Shown one piece after another: positions 11,571-23,814 of a DNA stretch of 64,000 nt. The notes below the pieces were generated by a model. The model saw only the letters and a program-made list of their open reading frames with translations, had not been told where the DNA came from and made no database searches. This DNA is from Phyllobates terribilis (taxonomy: Eukaryota), in contig NW_027362771.1 of NCBI RefSeq assembly GCF_046119375.1, positions 150,040,001-150,104,000 on the forward strand, read 5' to 3'. Numbering within the stretch: position 1 is the stretch's first letter; every line of letters starts with the position of its first letter. The position numbers and the translations under genes are program-made.

Positions 11571-11701
11571 GGCACACTTAACCCAAAGATTACTATTTTC
11601 TCATGTAGTAATCTTGTCTAGTGTGCCCAAAGTAAGGTTGTACCTTGTCGCCTTTCAAGAGCTGATGTGCCCATGAAAGTGAAATTGAAGGTCCTATAAA
11701 T
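11571..11701 (+). ncRNA. SNORA68: H/ACA snoRNA, SNORA68 (U68) homologue, in RPL18A intron 2
   Basis: 5' hairpin GGCACAC (11571-77) / GTGTGCC (11621-27); H box AAAGTA (11629-34); 3' hairpin ACCTT / AAGGT; ATA box 3 nt from the end (11696-98). It shares CTTGTCGCCTTT and AAAGTGAA.TTG.AGGT with human SNORA68 as I recall it, and human SNORA68 is also hosted in an RPL18A intron. Confidence 0.85.
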
Positions 11702-11982
11702 GCCTTTTCTGCCTGTTACTTTTTCAACTATAGATGCTTGAAAAAAAAATGTGTGTTTTAAAATCAGATACTCAGGGTGTGTGTTTTTTTAAAATCCGCA
11801 TTCACATGCTGCAGCTGTGGATTTTTGGGATTATGGCAAAACTTCATTGTTTTCCATGGCTTTTTCAAATTGCAAAAAAAAAAAAAAAAAAGCACTGTGG
11901 CTGCAGTGTGTAGATACATCATTATAAAATAGTACTGCGTCCATCGCCTCTTCTGCATGTCTGCAGCCCTTATAGTCTACAC

Positions 11983-12168
11983 TAGTGTTTCCCAAACTCC
12001 AGTCCTCACGGCCCCCCACAGGTCATGTTTTCAGGATTTCTATAGTGCCACACAGCTAAGAGAATTACTGATGCCTTGATGATGCTTCCACCACCTGGCC
12101 AATGCTAAGAAAATCCTGAAAACATGAGCTGATGGGGTCCGTGAGGACTGGAGTTTGGGGAAACACTG
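11983..12168. mobile_element. hAT-type MITE in RPL18A intron 2
   Basis: TIR (T/C)AGTGTTTCCCAAACTCCAGTCCTCACGG; perfect 8-bp TSD GTCTACAC at 11975-11982 and 12169-12176. Confidence 0.9.
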
Positions 12169-12367
12169 GTCTACACCATTAATGACCTGTAGATGTGTTG
12201 GGTAAGTCATCTAGCTGCTGTACTAAAACTTCCAAGTCCAGTGGGACATAGCCAACGATAGTGCAATAAATTTATTATAACTTGTCACCAAAAACTTGTG
12301 TAAATTCTCAGAAATCTACGCCAGCTCATACCTCAGAGTTGTTTTCTGCTATAGCTGCTCTTTTTAA

Positions 12368-12583
12368 AGGGGCTCTGTCAGCACAGAATGACTGTTCAAA
12401 CCAAGTAAAGGCATTCGATGCTTCATGGCTTGGCCAAACTTATCTACTTGGTTTCCCATCATCTCCACTTACCTCTGAAAGCTCTGGCTTTATAAGGGAA
12501 GGTGTATATAAATGACTGGCCCCACCTTGATGCACTGAGCGCTTGTACTTTGTTTGAACAGTCATCTGTGCTGACAGTCCCTT
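12368..12583. mobile_element. TTAA-flanked T2/Kolobok-type MITE
   Basis: TTAA|AGGGGCTCTGTCAGCACAGAATGACTGTTCAAAC ... GTTTGAACAGTCATCTGTGCTGACAGTCCCTT|TTAA; same family at 23281 and 23815. Confidence 0.8.
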
Positions 12584-12916
12584 TTAAGTCTATGGTAACA
12601 AATGGCCTGTGGTTTTGTATCTTTAACAAAAACATTTTTCTAAATTTGGAGCTAAAAATCATTCTTTCAATTGAGTTTCATTAAAAATGTTGCCCTGTTT
12701 GCCTTTTACTGTCTGTTTCTCTGCATCTTCAACTTTCATGTGGTTTGTTCATAAATCTGCTGAGGAGCTCTGAAAAGGACAAATAAGTTAGTCTCCCCCA
12801 TTACAGAATGAGCTCACTTGTAGATTCTCAGTTAACTCATTCTGCAGTCAGCAATATGATGCAGCACATACTATAGAAGGCAACATTTTTAATGATGCCC
12901 GATTGCAAAAAAATAA

Positions 12917-13258
<342 letters not shown>

Positions 13259-13416
13259 TAGTCCGTGGTGCTAAATTAAGAGGAAACTTGTTGCCTCAAG
13301 AATACAAACTAAACTTTTGGGATTAATGTTTAATAAACTTGTTGGTCATCTACTTTTTGTTCCCCCTCATTCTGTTGAGCCTGATTTTTATTGACCGATT
13401 GCTTTCACCCATTTAG

Positions 13417-13526
13417 ACCGTGATATGGGTGCACGCCATCGTGCTCGTGCCCACTCCATTCACATTATGAAAGTTGAGGTGATTCCTGCCAACAAGTGTC
13501 GCAGACCAGCCATCAAGCAGTTCCAT
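13417..13526 (+). CDS. RPL18A: RPL18A exon 4 ((Y)[36 protein letters not shown])
   Basis: TTTAG acceptor, GTAAGT donor, 110 nt; T+AC completes Tyr. Confidence 0.96.
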
Positions 13527-14166
13527 GTAAGTAATATGCCACTAAGCATTACAGGACTAATAGGATTTGTAATTTAACATTCAATTATTGCTCTTGCCAT
13601 TGAGCATTTCTATTGGATTTCTTATTTTGTATGAATCCAAGAAAAATCTCAGAAAATTGGTGGCACTGTATTGAGTTTGCATGCCTACAAGGGGGTCAAC
13701 AAGTCGACTTTTCAAGGGGTTGGTTGTCCAAGATTTAAATACATTTCCTGCAAAAAGGCAATTTTTTTTTGTAACAAAAAATAAATGTGCTCACATGCTA
13801 AGTCTTCTGCTGTTTACTCTGCTGGAACAATTGTGGCATATGTGCACGTAAGCACTGCAGTCCCATGTCAGACAGCCATCACTTAATAGTTTTAAAACTG
13901 GAATGGGTCTTTTCATGTCTAAATATACACTTTTCACCTGTACAGTCTCTGCTTTCTTGAGCATCCTTGTCAGACATTGCACAGATTCACATAGTCTATA
14001 TCAGTGGCTTGTTGAATAGTGGTTGATATTTATGGGAATAGAAAGATTGTTGTGCTTTTATTAGTGATGTGGGTCTATATTGTCACTTATATGGCTGTGT
14101 TATGAAATCCGTGTAGCAGCTTTGGGCTGACATCTTTACACCATAAGCCAGTCTAGAAGCACTTAA

Positions 14167-14453
14167 AGAGGTTGTCCGGTCCAAACCGATAAGTCTGTAG
14201 TCACTCTGTATGACTGCAAACTTATGAATTCTCCCTGGCCCCATCTAGTGACAATGGCTGACCAGTGTATGCGGCTCACTAGAGGGTGAGGCCACACCCA
14301 CTGGCAGGCAGTATGTATAACGCATACACACCCTCCGGTCCCGGCTCAGAAAACAGCGAATCCCCACAGCACACAGTGCGTGTGCCGGAGGGTTTCATAA
14401 GTTTGCAGTCACTCAGTGACTGCAGACTTATCGGTTTGGAACGGACAACCCCT
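14167..14453. mobile_element. TTAA-flanked T2/Kolobok-type MITE in RPL18A intron 4
   Basis: TIR about 40 bp (AGAGGTTGTCCGGTCCAAACCGATAAGTCTG / CAGACTTATCGGTTTGGAACGGACAACCCCT); TTAA at 14163-66 and 14454-57. Confidence 0.85.
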
Positions 14454-15066
14454 TTAATGTGTTCTCCACATTCATAAAAGAAACCTCGTTAGCAAAATTT
14501 AGGCTCCAAATCACCATCAACCTGTTATCCAGGGCAGTGACAGGTTTACAATATGTATTCTGGCAGGTTAGGTATGAATGATAATAAAAAAAAATAAAAA
14601 AAAATGCTGTATTGAATGATCGTGAAAAGCCATAAGGGTGAAGCTGCTCTCTTCCCCGTCAGTTAAGCTGGCTTCGCCTTCCCTACCCTGTTGACTGGCT
14701 TGATGTCCTGCAGACCAGGTATGTCATAACAAGCCCCCTCCTACTGCATGTGGTATGTGTATACTGAAGGCAAACCTTTCCTGGTGTTTTGGCTGCTTTG
14801 GTGCACAGCATATGCACACACGTTACCATCTGGAGTGGCTTGTAATGACATACTTGGCCTAAGACATAAGTAAAGCCAGGAAGGGACTGGCCAGCTTGAC
14901 CTTTAGGAAGAGTAGATAAACCTCTGACTTCTTACTAGGGTTTAAAGACTAGGGCAAAGCTTCCATTTCAGTCTATTTTCCACTGGCAATAAGTGTTACC
15001 ATGTTAAATAAGTGCTCTGTTTTTGTATTTTTTAAGCTTAACACATCAATTTTTCTAAACTTTTAG

Positions 15067-15159
<93 letters not shown>

Positions 15160-15187
15160 GCAAGGCAAAATCCTTGTTCTGTGGTCA

Positions 15188-15193
15188 AATAAA
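15188..15193 (+). terminator. RPL18A polyadenylation signal AATAAA
   Basis: 29 nt after the stop codon, followed by T-rich sequence; a short 3' UTR is typical of ribosomal-protein mRNAs. Confidence 0.8.
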
Positions 15194-16057
15194 ACACTTA
15201 TTTGGAAATGTCTTGCAGTTTTCAGTCAATATTTAATTTTTTTTTTTTTTTTTTTGAGTATCTTTGGCAAACCTTTTAGATTGGTTGGGGCTCACTTAAT
15301 TTCACATCTACTAGTACATCTATCACAAAACAACCCTATAGCATCTGGTAAGACTGGTAAATACATGTGTTTATTGCTGCTTTTTACATGTACAATTGGT
15401 GATCTCACTTCAAATGACTACTGACAGATGTTAAAAACAAAATTTAAAAATCAAAGATGGGAAGGAAGGCCTGTAGTAATTTAGTGACAAAAACTGTAAA
15501 TTATAGAAAGTGTGCGCGGGCACATTCCCTGAGCTGGTGCATCTAAGAGGGGAGCACAGTCTGACATTTGGCTAATGCTGCAATACAGCTGTGAGGAGAA
15601 ATATGCAAGCGTGTATAGGTTATATAGAATGTCAATCTGTTTCCTGGACATAACGCCACATGGACAGAATTCATTGCAGTTTCTTGTTTTTGGTGGCTGG
15701 CCCATTCAAAATTTACATTCGCTTCCATTACTATGCTCACCTGCCACCTTGGTGTTCATTAAACACTTTTGCTGCTTATAGTTCTGTGACTTGTCGCTAG
15801 GTTAGTCAGACTCCATTTATCAATTGTAGCACTGACTATATAATGTAAACTTATTGCCTTTTCTTTTTTAATGATTAAACCTCCCCCATTGCATTTTAAG
15901 AACAAAACTATGAATTATAGACCGTGATGCTTGCTTGCATCAGGAAGTGCGCATGCAACCTACTGGATGACCAATATCATTAGGGCTTTGTTCAGCCCAC
16001 TCCACTCTGTCTGAAAATCAGACCACACTCAGATGTCATCAAGTGCAGTCCTATATA

Positions 16058-16446
16058 CTGTATTTTTCAGATTAGAAGATCCACTTTTTCCCTCCAAATT
16101 TGGGCGGAAAAGGGGGGTGCGTCTTATAATGCGAAGGTGTGGTATTTTACTTGGAGGGGGCGTGTCGGTGGAGTGGGTCCCAGATACAGGAGGTCGGCGG
16201 CAGGAGTGGGGCAATGCTGCGGGCCCTGTCCTTTCAAAAGAATTTGGCGGTGAGCAGAGGTCCCTCTCCCGTACATAACCCTGCAGTGGGCTTTGGGAAA
16301 ATGGCCACCGGAGCATGCGCAGATTAAGATCTCGTTTTGGGGTAAAACTGATCATAAGGCGCACCATTTTATTTAAAAAAACAAACTTTTTTTTTCTATT
16401 TTCTACCCCAAAATTTGGGGTGCGTCTTATAATCCTCAAAATATGG
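16058..16446. mobile_element. TA-flanked Tc1/mariner-superfamily (pogo/Tigger-like) MITE
   Basis: Ends TA|CTGTATTTTTCAGATTAGAAGAT and GGTGCGTCTTATAATCCTCAAAATATGG|TA; related copy in the opposite orientation at about 22020-22520. Confidence 0.6.
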
Positions 16447-17091
16447 TATATATTTTTTATTTCCACGGACCCATAGACTTGCATTGCCAATTTGATATGG
16501 TATTCGTATCAAAATCGGACATGTCTCTACTTTTCTTCGCGCAAAAACCACTGCTCAAACTTGCCAATGCAGTTCTATGGGTCTGTTAAATCAGACAGGA
16601 TATGATCCTGTGTTGGTTCTTACTGTTTGATAAATTGTGAAACCTCATTTTTTGTGTACGAGAGAAAATTATGGAAAAAACTGACTGACCGAACGCTGAA
16701 TCTGATGGTAAAAAAAAAAAAAAAAAACTACAGTGATTTATTTTGCTCAAAAAATGTTTGAAGTGTGAACAAACTTTAACTTGCTGCATCTTCAAGGCTC
16801 CATTTAAGTGATCGTGATAAGAAACATAATCTCTACCACCTGGGACCTTCGGGGGCAGAGAGATCCTGAAATTCTAACAGACCTAGCACATCCCACAACC
16901 AGCCCCCCCATGAGCTCTCCAAGGGGCGTTACCTTGATATAATAAGCTGAATTTGTGTCCGTCTTTGTTCATTTTGGAAGGCATAGTTTGCTATGAGTGT
17001 TCCATTTTCATACGGAGTGCTTATCAAGAGGAGAGCTGTTCCTGCAACATCTGGTTTAGTAATTTTCATTATTCCTTTTAGACAAAACTTA

Positions 17092-17400
17092 AGCTTCGTT
17101 TAAGTTGGTATACATGCGGCACATAAATGCATGTTTCACAATGGCAATGAATCAGAAAAAAACTATAAGAAGCAAAATGAACACAGACCCTGTTGTAAAT
17201 AAAAAGCAAAAGCGCATTTAAATAAAACAAAGTTGTTAGTAACACTGTTTTTGCTCAAATGTAGTATGAAAGATATTCCACCATGACAAGGTGAACTCAT
17301 TTGAGATAGTCCTACTCTGTCTAATGTTTAAAAAAAAAAAAAAAAAAAACCTTCCCATGTGTCAAAGTTGACCTCTATGTGAATAAGGGCAGACAGGACT
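17092..17400. repeat. Copy A of a local tandem duplication; copy B is 17522-17631 plus 21839-22001, split by the DIRS element
   Basis: TAAGTTGGTATACATGC..ACATAAATGCATGTTTCACAATGG occurs at 17101 and 17531 (offset 430). The rest of copy A (GCAAAAG.GCATTTAAATAAAA ... GAATAAGGGCAGACA) resumes at 21839. Confidence 0.85.
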
Positions 17401-17989
17401 GGGTCCCAAACTGTGGACACCAGCCAAGGGAAGCTTTTTAAATGTATTACCAGCTATAGTAAGGGAGGTCACACCCTGGTTTGTACAGATTGCAAAAAAT
17501 ACAAAGAAAAAATGAAATTTGAGCTTGGTTTAAGTTGGTATACATGCAGCACATAAATGCATGTTTCACAATGGCCATAAATCAGAAAAACCTACAAGAA
17601 GCAAAATGAACAAACACTCCTGTAAATAAAAAAACAGAATTAGTCTTACCGGTAATGATGTTTCCAGGAGTCCACATGATGGCACCATAGGATGAGTAAT
17701 CCCATATCCTGTGTAGGGACAGGAAGCACAAAAGGTTAAAAGCCCTCCCACCCCAACCTCCTCAGTGATTTTCCAAGAACCACATTGGCTGGGTACAACA
17801 ATTTTATTTTAGACTGCTTAGACATGTTAGTCACATATAGTAGCAATATAGGGAGGGAAATAAGGGTGCTGTCATGTGGACTCCTGAAAACATCATTACC
17901 GGTGAGACTAATTCTGGTTTTCCAGTATGTCCCCATGACAGCACCATAGGAGTATACCCAAGAACTCATAGCTTAGGGTGGGATAACTG

Positions 17990-18900
17990 CCTGAAGTACC
18001 TTCCTACCAAACGCAGATCTCTGCTGTGAGAGAACATCTAGCTTGTAGTGTTTGCAGAAAGTAGTATGTCCTGACTATGTGGCTGCGGTACATATTTGTT
18101 CAATGGTAGCCCCAGCTCTAGTTGCCCATGAGGTGGAAATTGCTCTGGTGGAATGGGCTTTGATAATTTCAGGGGGAGGCTGTCCTTCTGAAAGATATGC
18201 TAGATTAATCATGGATGTGACCCATCTAGCTAAGGATGGTTTTGAAGCCTTCCTGCCTCTATTTTTTTCCCCCAAACTGTATAAAAAGGTTAGAGTCTAA
18301 TCTCCAGTTCCGAGTGGCTTCCAAATAGGCCAACACTGCTCTGTGGACATCGAGATGGTGGAACTCTTCCTCCCTCTCATTCCTAGGGTTTTCTCAGAAT
18401 GATGGAAGAACCACTTCTTGGTTTAAGGTCATCGATGACACCACCTTCGGGGAGAAACTTGGATCCAGTTTCAGAATGTTAAAAGGCTCGACGACAGATT
18501 AGAGCCTGGATTTCACCCAACCGTTTAGCTGTGCTGATTGCCACCAAGAAGACTTTTCAGAGTCAAGTTCTTTATTCCCAAATCATTAACTGGGCCGAAG
18601 GCAGGTTTGCAAAGGAGGGGAAGAAATTCTCTGTGTAGGCCTAAGTCTCTGGATTGCCTTGACAAACCTGATTATCCAGGGATGCGAGGACAATGATGTG
18701 TCAAAGAAAGCACCTAGTGCCGCAATATGCACCTTCAAGGTACTTGGTCTAAGGCGTCAAATCCTGCCTGCAAAAAAATCAAGGATCGCAGGGATGTCTG
18801 GCTGGGAGGTGTCTACCGTCCTGTGGAAATGACAAAAGGTCCTCCAGACTTTTTTTTTTTTTTTTTTTTTTTTATATATGGCCTGGGTTACTGGTTTTCT
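17990..18900 (-). pseudogene. DIRS tyrosine recombinase remnant
   Basis: KASKPSLARWV...KAHSTRAISTSWA...QICTAAT*..TTFCKHYKLDV. The HxxR motif and catalytic Tyr are present; the conserved Trp codon is TAG at 18077-18075. Confidence 0.75.
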
Positions 18901-19049
18901 ACTAGCCTGCATAGTCTTGAATCACTCTGGCGGATAAGCCCTTGTTCTTCAGGATCTCCCCTTCAGAAGCCAAGCTGAGAGCTGGAGCTGTTGAAGATTC
19001 TGATGAAACAGTGGACCTTGCGTCAGAAGATCTTCCTGAAAAGGTAAAA

Positions 19050-19800
19050 TGATTGGGTCTTCCAACGCTAGATGGCGTAGAAGGGAGAACTAACTTCTCC
19101 TTGGCGAATACGGGACAATTGCTATGACTGTCGCCCGATTTAGAGAATTAGAGGAGCAGGTGGGAAGGCATATGTTAGGCCCTCTCCCCAATATTGTGAG
19201 AGTGTGTCCACTGCCAGAGGATGCTCTCCTGGGTCGAGAGAGAAGAAAGATGTCATCTTCGCATTTGTTCAGGATGCAAAAAGTTCTAGGTAATATCCCT
19301 GAGTCGGATAAAGGTCACCACCTCTGCCATTATCTTTGTAAAGATTCTGGGAGCAGATGACAGGCCAAAGGGAAGACATCGGAACTGGTAGTGTAGAATC
19401 TGACTGCCTGATGGTAGTGCAAACCTCAGATATTGCTGACTTGAGGAATGTATTAGCAGGTGGTAGTATGCATCCCTGAGGTCCAGGGTGCACATTACCG
19501 CATCCATGTCTATTAGAGGGATGGCTGATCTTACCGATTCCATGCGGAATTTCTTGTAGCGGACCCATCGGTTTAGGGGTTTCAGGTTGATAATCGTACG
19601 GAACTCCCCTGACGGTTTCTTTATTGAAAATAGAGAGGAGTAATGGCCCTGATGTTCGTGTTCTGGAACTGGCACAATAACTCTCTGATGTAGCAGCTTC
19701 TCTATGTCTGCCTGCAGACGGGAAAGAGAGGTAGGGGAACCTTTCGTCAGGTGGAATTTCTGAGGGGGATTTTTAGAAAATTCTATCCTGTAACCCTGCG
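19050..19800 (-). pseudogene. DIRS reverse transcriptase N-part fused by deletion to the methyltransferase-like domain
   Basis: YSSLFSIKKPSGEFRTIINLKPLN...LDLRDAYYH...YQFRCLPFGLSSAPRIFTK (19675-19286), then YAFPP at 19172-19158. The RT YLDD region and RNase H are missing. Confidence 0.8.
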
Positions 19801-19886
19801 CTATAGTTGTTAGTATCCAGGGATTTTGCGTTACCCGATGCCAACTGTTTCTGAAAAACTTTAATCTGCCCCCTACTCTGACATAG

Positions 19887-21117
19887 TCATTGACGTTTTG
19901 GACGAGAACTAGTACTGGGCTGGTATCTATTATCTTTGTTCCCCTTATTAAAACTCCAGCTTGTGGAACCCCCTTTTTTCTGCGTGTTATATTTACGGGA
20001 GGGGAACGGTTTACGAAAGGGCTGCTCCTTCTTTTTCTCCTCAGGGAAGCCCTTCTTTTTATAGGACGCTTTTTCTAGAATGTCATCTAGTACAGGTCCG
20101 AATACTCTGAGCCCTGAAAATGGAATGGAGCACAGCTTGTTCTTAGCTGTATCTCCAGACCATGTTTTTAACCAAACAGCTCTACAGGCTGAGTTGGAAA
20201 GCGCATTATTTCTGGCCGCAAATCTGACCGATTCTGCTGAAGCGTCGGCCATAAAATTTGTTGCCATTTTTAATAGGTGCAATGATTGAAGGAGAGATTC
20301 CCTCGGGGTGCCATCTCATAGGTGACTCTCTAGCTCTTCTAGCCAGACTCTCATGGATCTGGCAATAGATGTAGCAGCGACATTAGATTTAATAATTGCC
20401 ACTGAAGCTTCCCAAGCTTTTTTCTAAAGTCCATCCGCCTTCCTATCCATAGGATCTTTAAGTCCTGACGAGTCTTCAAAGGGGATAGAGGTTTTCTTGA
20501 CCACCTTAGCCACCGGGACGTCAATTTTAGGAATAGTGTCCCACACATTGGTGTCTTCTGGGTCAAAAGATAATCGGCGCGGAAGTCTCGTGGTATAGAG
20601 AGTCTCTTCTCCGCATGCTCCCATTCCTCTAGTATCATGTCCTTCACATGGGCATTAACAGGAAAAAATATGGATCTCTGGGTTTTAAGACCACCAAACA
20701 TCTCATCCTGAATGTTACTGCTCTTCTCCGTTTCCTCTACCTGCATCGTGTCTCGGACTGCTTGTAGAAGAATATCCATATCATCTGAGTGGAACATGTA
20801 TCTTTTCCGTTCCCCGCCTAATGGTCTCACTGTCAGTCGCCAGATGGGTCGATTTCACCCTTAGAAGATGGTGCTATATCTTCTCTGGGTCTTTTGGGTC
20901 CTGGGACATCCTGGACTCCTGAACCTGGGGGCTGCAGAGACCTGATAGAAGCCTGAGCTTCTTTAATTATACTGGGCATCTCATTTAATAAAGCCCTGTG
21001 CTCCTCCTTTAGCATGGAGGCTCTACATTCAGCACATAGACGTTTTGTATATGAGTCGGGAAGTCTGATGTTACAATCCAGGCACCTCTTGGATTTTACT
21101 GTGGCCTTTTTCTCCAT
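19887..21117 (-). pseudogene. DIRS gag-like ORF1, frameshifted into three pieces
   Basis: CLDCNIRLPDSYTKRLCAEC Cys cluster; DEMFGGL...FPVNAH; KDPMDRKAD; AWLKTWSGD...KLCSIPFSGLRVFGPVLDDIL, typical of vertebrate DIRS ORF1. Confidence 0.75.
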
Positions 21118-22019
21118 AGCCTTCTTTTTTTCAGAAGGAGGTGGTAATTGCCCAGAGACATCCTATAAAAAATATGGAGGGCCTGGTAAGTGTAAGCCCC
21201 ATTAGCGATATAACAAGGGGTAATGGTACACTTACATGACTGTGGGGCGATCCAGGGAGGGTATCAGGGTGTGACATATCTGCCATTGTACTGCCAGGGG
21301 TACCAAAGCTGTAAGCCTGCTTTTGCTGCTCCCCAGCCCCCCTTCTTATACCTTACCTGGTCGTCCTGTCATTTTCTCCTGTTCCCTGGCGTCTGGTCTA
21401 ACCGCGGTTTGAATTTCCCGCGCGACCGCCACCGGAAATTGTCATCTCCGGACTTCCGGTTTCAACGCTGAGCAGTCCTGGAGCCGGGAGAAGCCGGACC
21501 CGCCCAGAGCAGGACGCCAAGAGCCCCGCGATAGAGAAGTGGCACCCGGAGGCTCCAGCACACCGGAGGGCTGAGGGACTCCCGACAGGGAGTGTCGGCC
21601 CAGGACCCGCTTGGCGGCGGGAAGGAGAGAGCCGTGCCCCCCCCCCCCCCCCCCCCAGGGTCCTCTGAGGTATCTTTTCCTTCACACCAGTGCTCCTCCA
21701 GTATTCCCTGTCCTGTGTAGGGACAGGAAAAACAGTGAGGTTGGAGGTGGGAGGGATTTTAACCTCTTGTGCTTCCTGTACCTACACAGGATATGGGATT
21801 ACTCCTCCTATGGTGCTGTCATGGGGACGTACTGGAAAGCAAAAGTGCATTTAAATAAAATAGGGTTGTTAGTAACACTGTTTTGATCAAAAATAGTATG
21901 AAAGCTATCCTACCATGACAAGGTGAACTTACTCTCTTACATTAAAAACCTTACCATGTGTCAAAGTTTACCGCCGTGTGAATAAGGGCAGACAAAGGAC
22001 TTTTAGGTAATTGTATATA

Positions 22020-22520
22020 CCGTATTGTTTTGTTCCCATTTTGTATCATCTATGTGCGTGTGTGTATATATAATATCATATTCACACTGTTTTTTATGGA
22101 CTATAAGACGCACTGGACCTTAAGCACCCCAAATTTTGAGGAGGAAAACGGGAAAAACATTGGGAGGTCCGAATTTAGCTTACCGTGAAGGGACGGTGGA
22201 GCGAGGTCACAGGAGGCTGGGTCGCTGCTGTAGGAGTGGGGTGATTCTGCAGGGCCTGTGCTGGGAGGATGGGGTGTTCCGGCGGTGTGCTTCATGCAAA
22301 TGTCAGTGGTGCAGGCAGGAGTAGAGTCCCTTCAGGAAAATTGGCTCTGGAGACTGCGCATGGACAGATTGAGATCTCGTCATTGCCTCCTGTGACCCTG
22401 CTCTTCTGCTGCCAAACCCCTTCCCCTGGTAAGCTACATTTGGACTATAAGACTCATCCCCATTTTCCTCCTAAATTTTGTGGGGAAAAGAAGTGTGACT
22501 TATAGTCCGCAAAATTTGGT
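22020..22520. mobile_element. pogo/Tigger-like MITE, same family as 16058-16446, opposite orientation
   Basis: GGACTATAAGACGCAC / GGACTATAAGACTCA subterminal motifs and right end TTATAGTCCGCAAAATTTGG. Confidence 0.5.
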
Positions 22521-22819
22521 GTATAATCCATTCATTGGAATGGGTGGTGTATATACCTTACGCTTACTGTGAGTTCCCCCAATAACTGGCCTCGTAGAAG
22601 AAGTGGCCGCGTCCATCACCCGTCAAGTCAATTGCATAATTGTCCTGACGATTGGAAGCAGTGAAGTTCCATTCCTGTGCCAAACTGGTGGCAGTGGTGG
22701 GATCTGTGACAAAGTGGTAACAACGGTGGGATCTAAGCGACACCCCCCAGACACTAACACCGGCTTTTATCCTTGATAACTGGATCTGTGACACCCCTCT
22801 TCCCTGGGCTGTTATCCTT

Positions 22820-23094
22820 GACACATGTTCACATGTCTGCTTTTCATGGACTGTATGTTCATGCAAACACACGGACATGCAGTTTTTCCTGCAAGTCTAT
22901 AGGTCTGTAAAAACACGTACAGCACACTGCATCAATGTGCTGTCCGTGTTTAACATTGAAAAGTATAGGAGAAGCTTTGTAATTTATTTCTTTATCCATA
23001 TGTGAAAAACACTGACACAGTAATGCACAACACTAATGACACCTGTAGCGTTTTTTCCACGTACGTGTTTAAACACGGACGTGTGAATGAGGCT
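22820..23094. mobile_element. Harbinger-type MITE related to the element that carries the 35-bp minisatellite
   Basis: Ends GGACGTGTGAATGAGGCT|TAA. The reverse complement of 22960-23020 aligns with 1471-1545. Confidence 0.55.
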
Positions 23095-23280
23095 TAAGGC
23101 AGGTATTATTTTTATTCTCTGACCTATACAACCATGCCATTATCTTGATTAGTAAAATTGTGACGTTTTATTACATTGGCCAACTATATGTGCTTTCCTG
23201 TGCAGTAATAATGTACACGGACCAGGTGGAGGCCAAAAGGAAACTTAATCGGGTGTATGAAGCCCTGACTTCTGCATTAA

Positions 23281-23555
23281 AGGGGCTCTGTCAGCACAGA
23301 ATGACTGTTCAAACCATATACAAGCGCTTGATGCTTCATGGAGGGGTCAGTCATTTATATACACCTTCCCACCTGCTTGGTTTCCATCTATCTCCTCCTC
23401 TGGCTCTATGAAACCAGAGCTGTCAATCAAAGAAGAGGAGGGAAAGATAGGGGAAAACCAAGCAGGTGGGGAGGTGTATATAAATGATTGACCCCGCCAT
23501 GAATCACCGAGCTGCAATTCTTAGTCTGAACAGTCATTCTGTGCTGACAGTTTCT
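23281..23555. mobile_element. TTAA-flanked T2/Kolobok-type MITE
   Basis: TTAA|AGGGGCTCTGTCAGCACAGAATGACTGTTC ... GAACAGTCATTCTGTGCTGACAGTTTCT|TTAA. Confidence 0.8.
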
Positions 23556-23814
23556 TTAAGGCCAAGGCCCCACTATCAGTGTTTGGTCAGTATTTTTTCT
23601 CAGGAGTGGGAGTCAAAACCAGGAGTGGGTGATAAATGCAGAATTGGTGACTTGTTTCTATTATACCTTTTCTCTGATTGTTCCTCACCTGGTTTTGGCT
23701 CCCACGCCTGAGAAAAAATACTGACCGAATACTGATAGTGGGGCCATGGCCTAAGGATGACAGTGGACACTGCAAGCTAGCCACAGAAAAAACAGAGGAG
23801 GAGCAGGCATTTAA

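Larger units (their letters stand above)
17632..21838 (-). mobile_element. DIRS1-type tyrosine-recombinase retrotransposon, both termini present, internally deleted and inactive
   Basis: Inverted terminal repeats (TTTCCAG...ATCCCATATCCTGTGTAGG.ACAGGAAGCACAA.AGGTTAAAA at both ends). ICR at about 17865-17952 is complementary to both termini. Gag, RT, methyltransferase-like and tyrosine recombinase fragments are on the minus strand. Confidence 0.92.
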
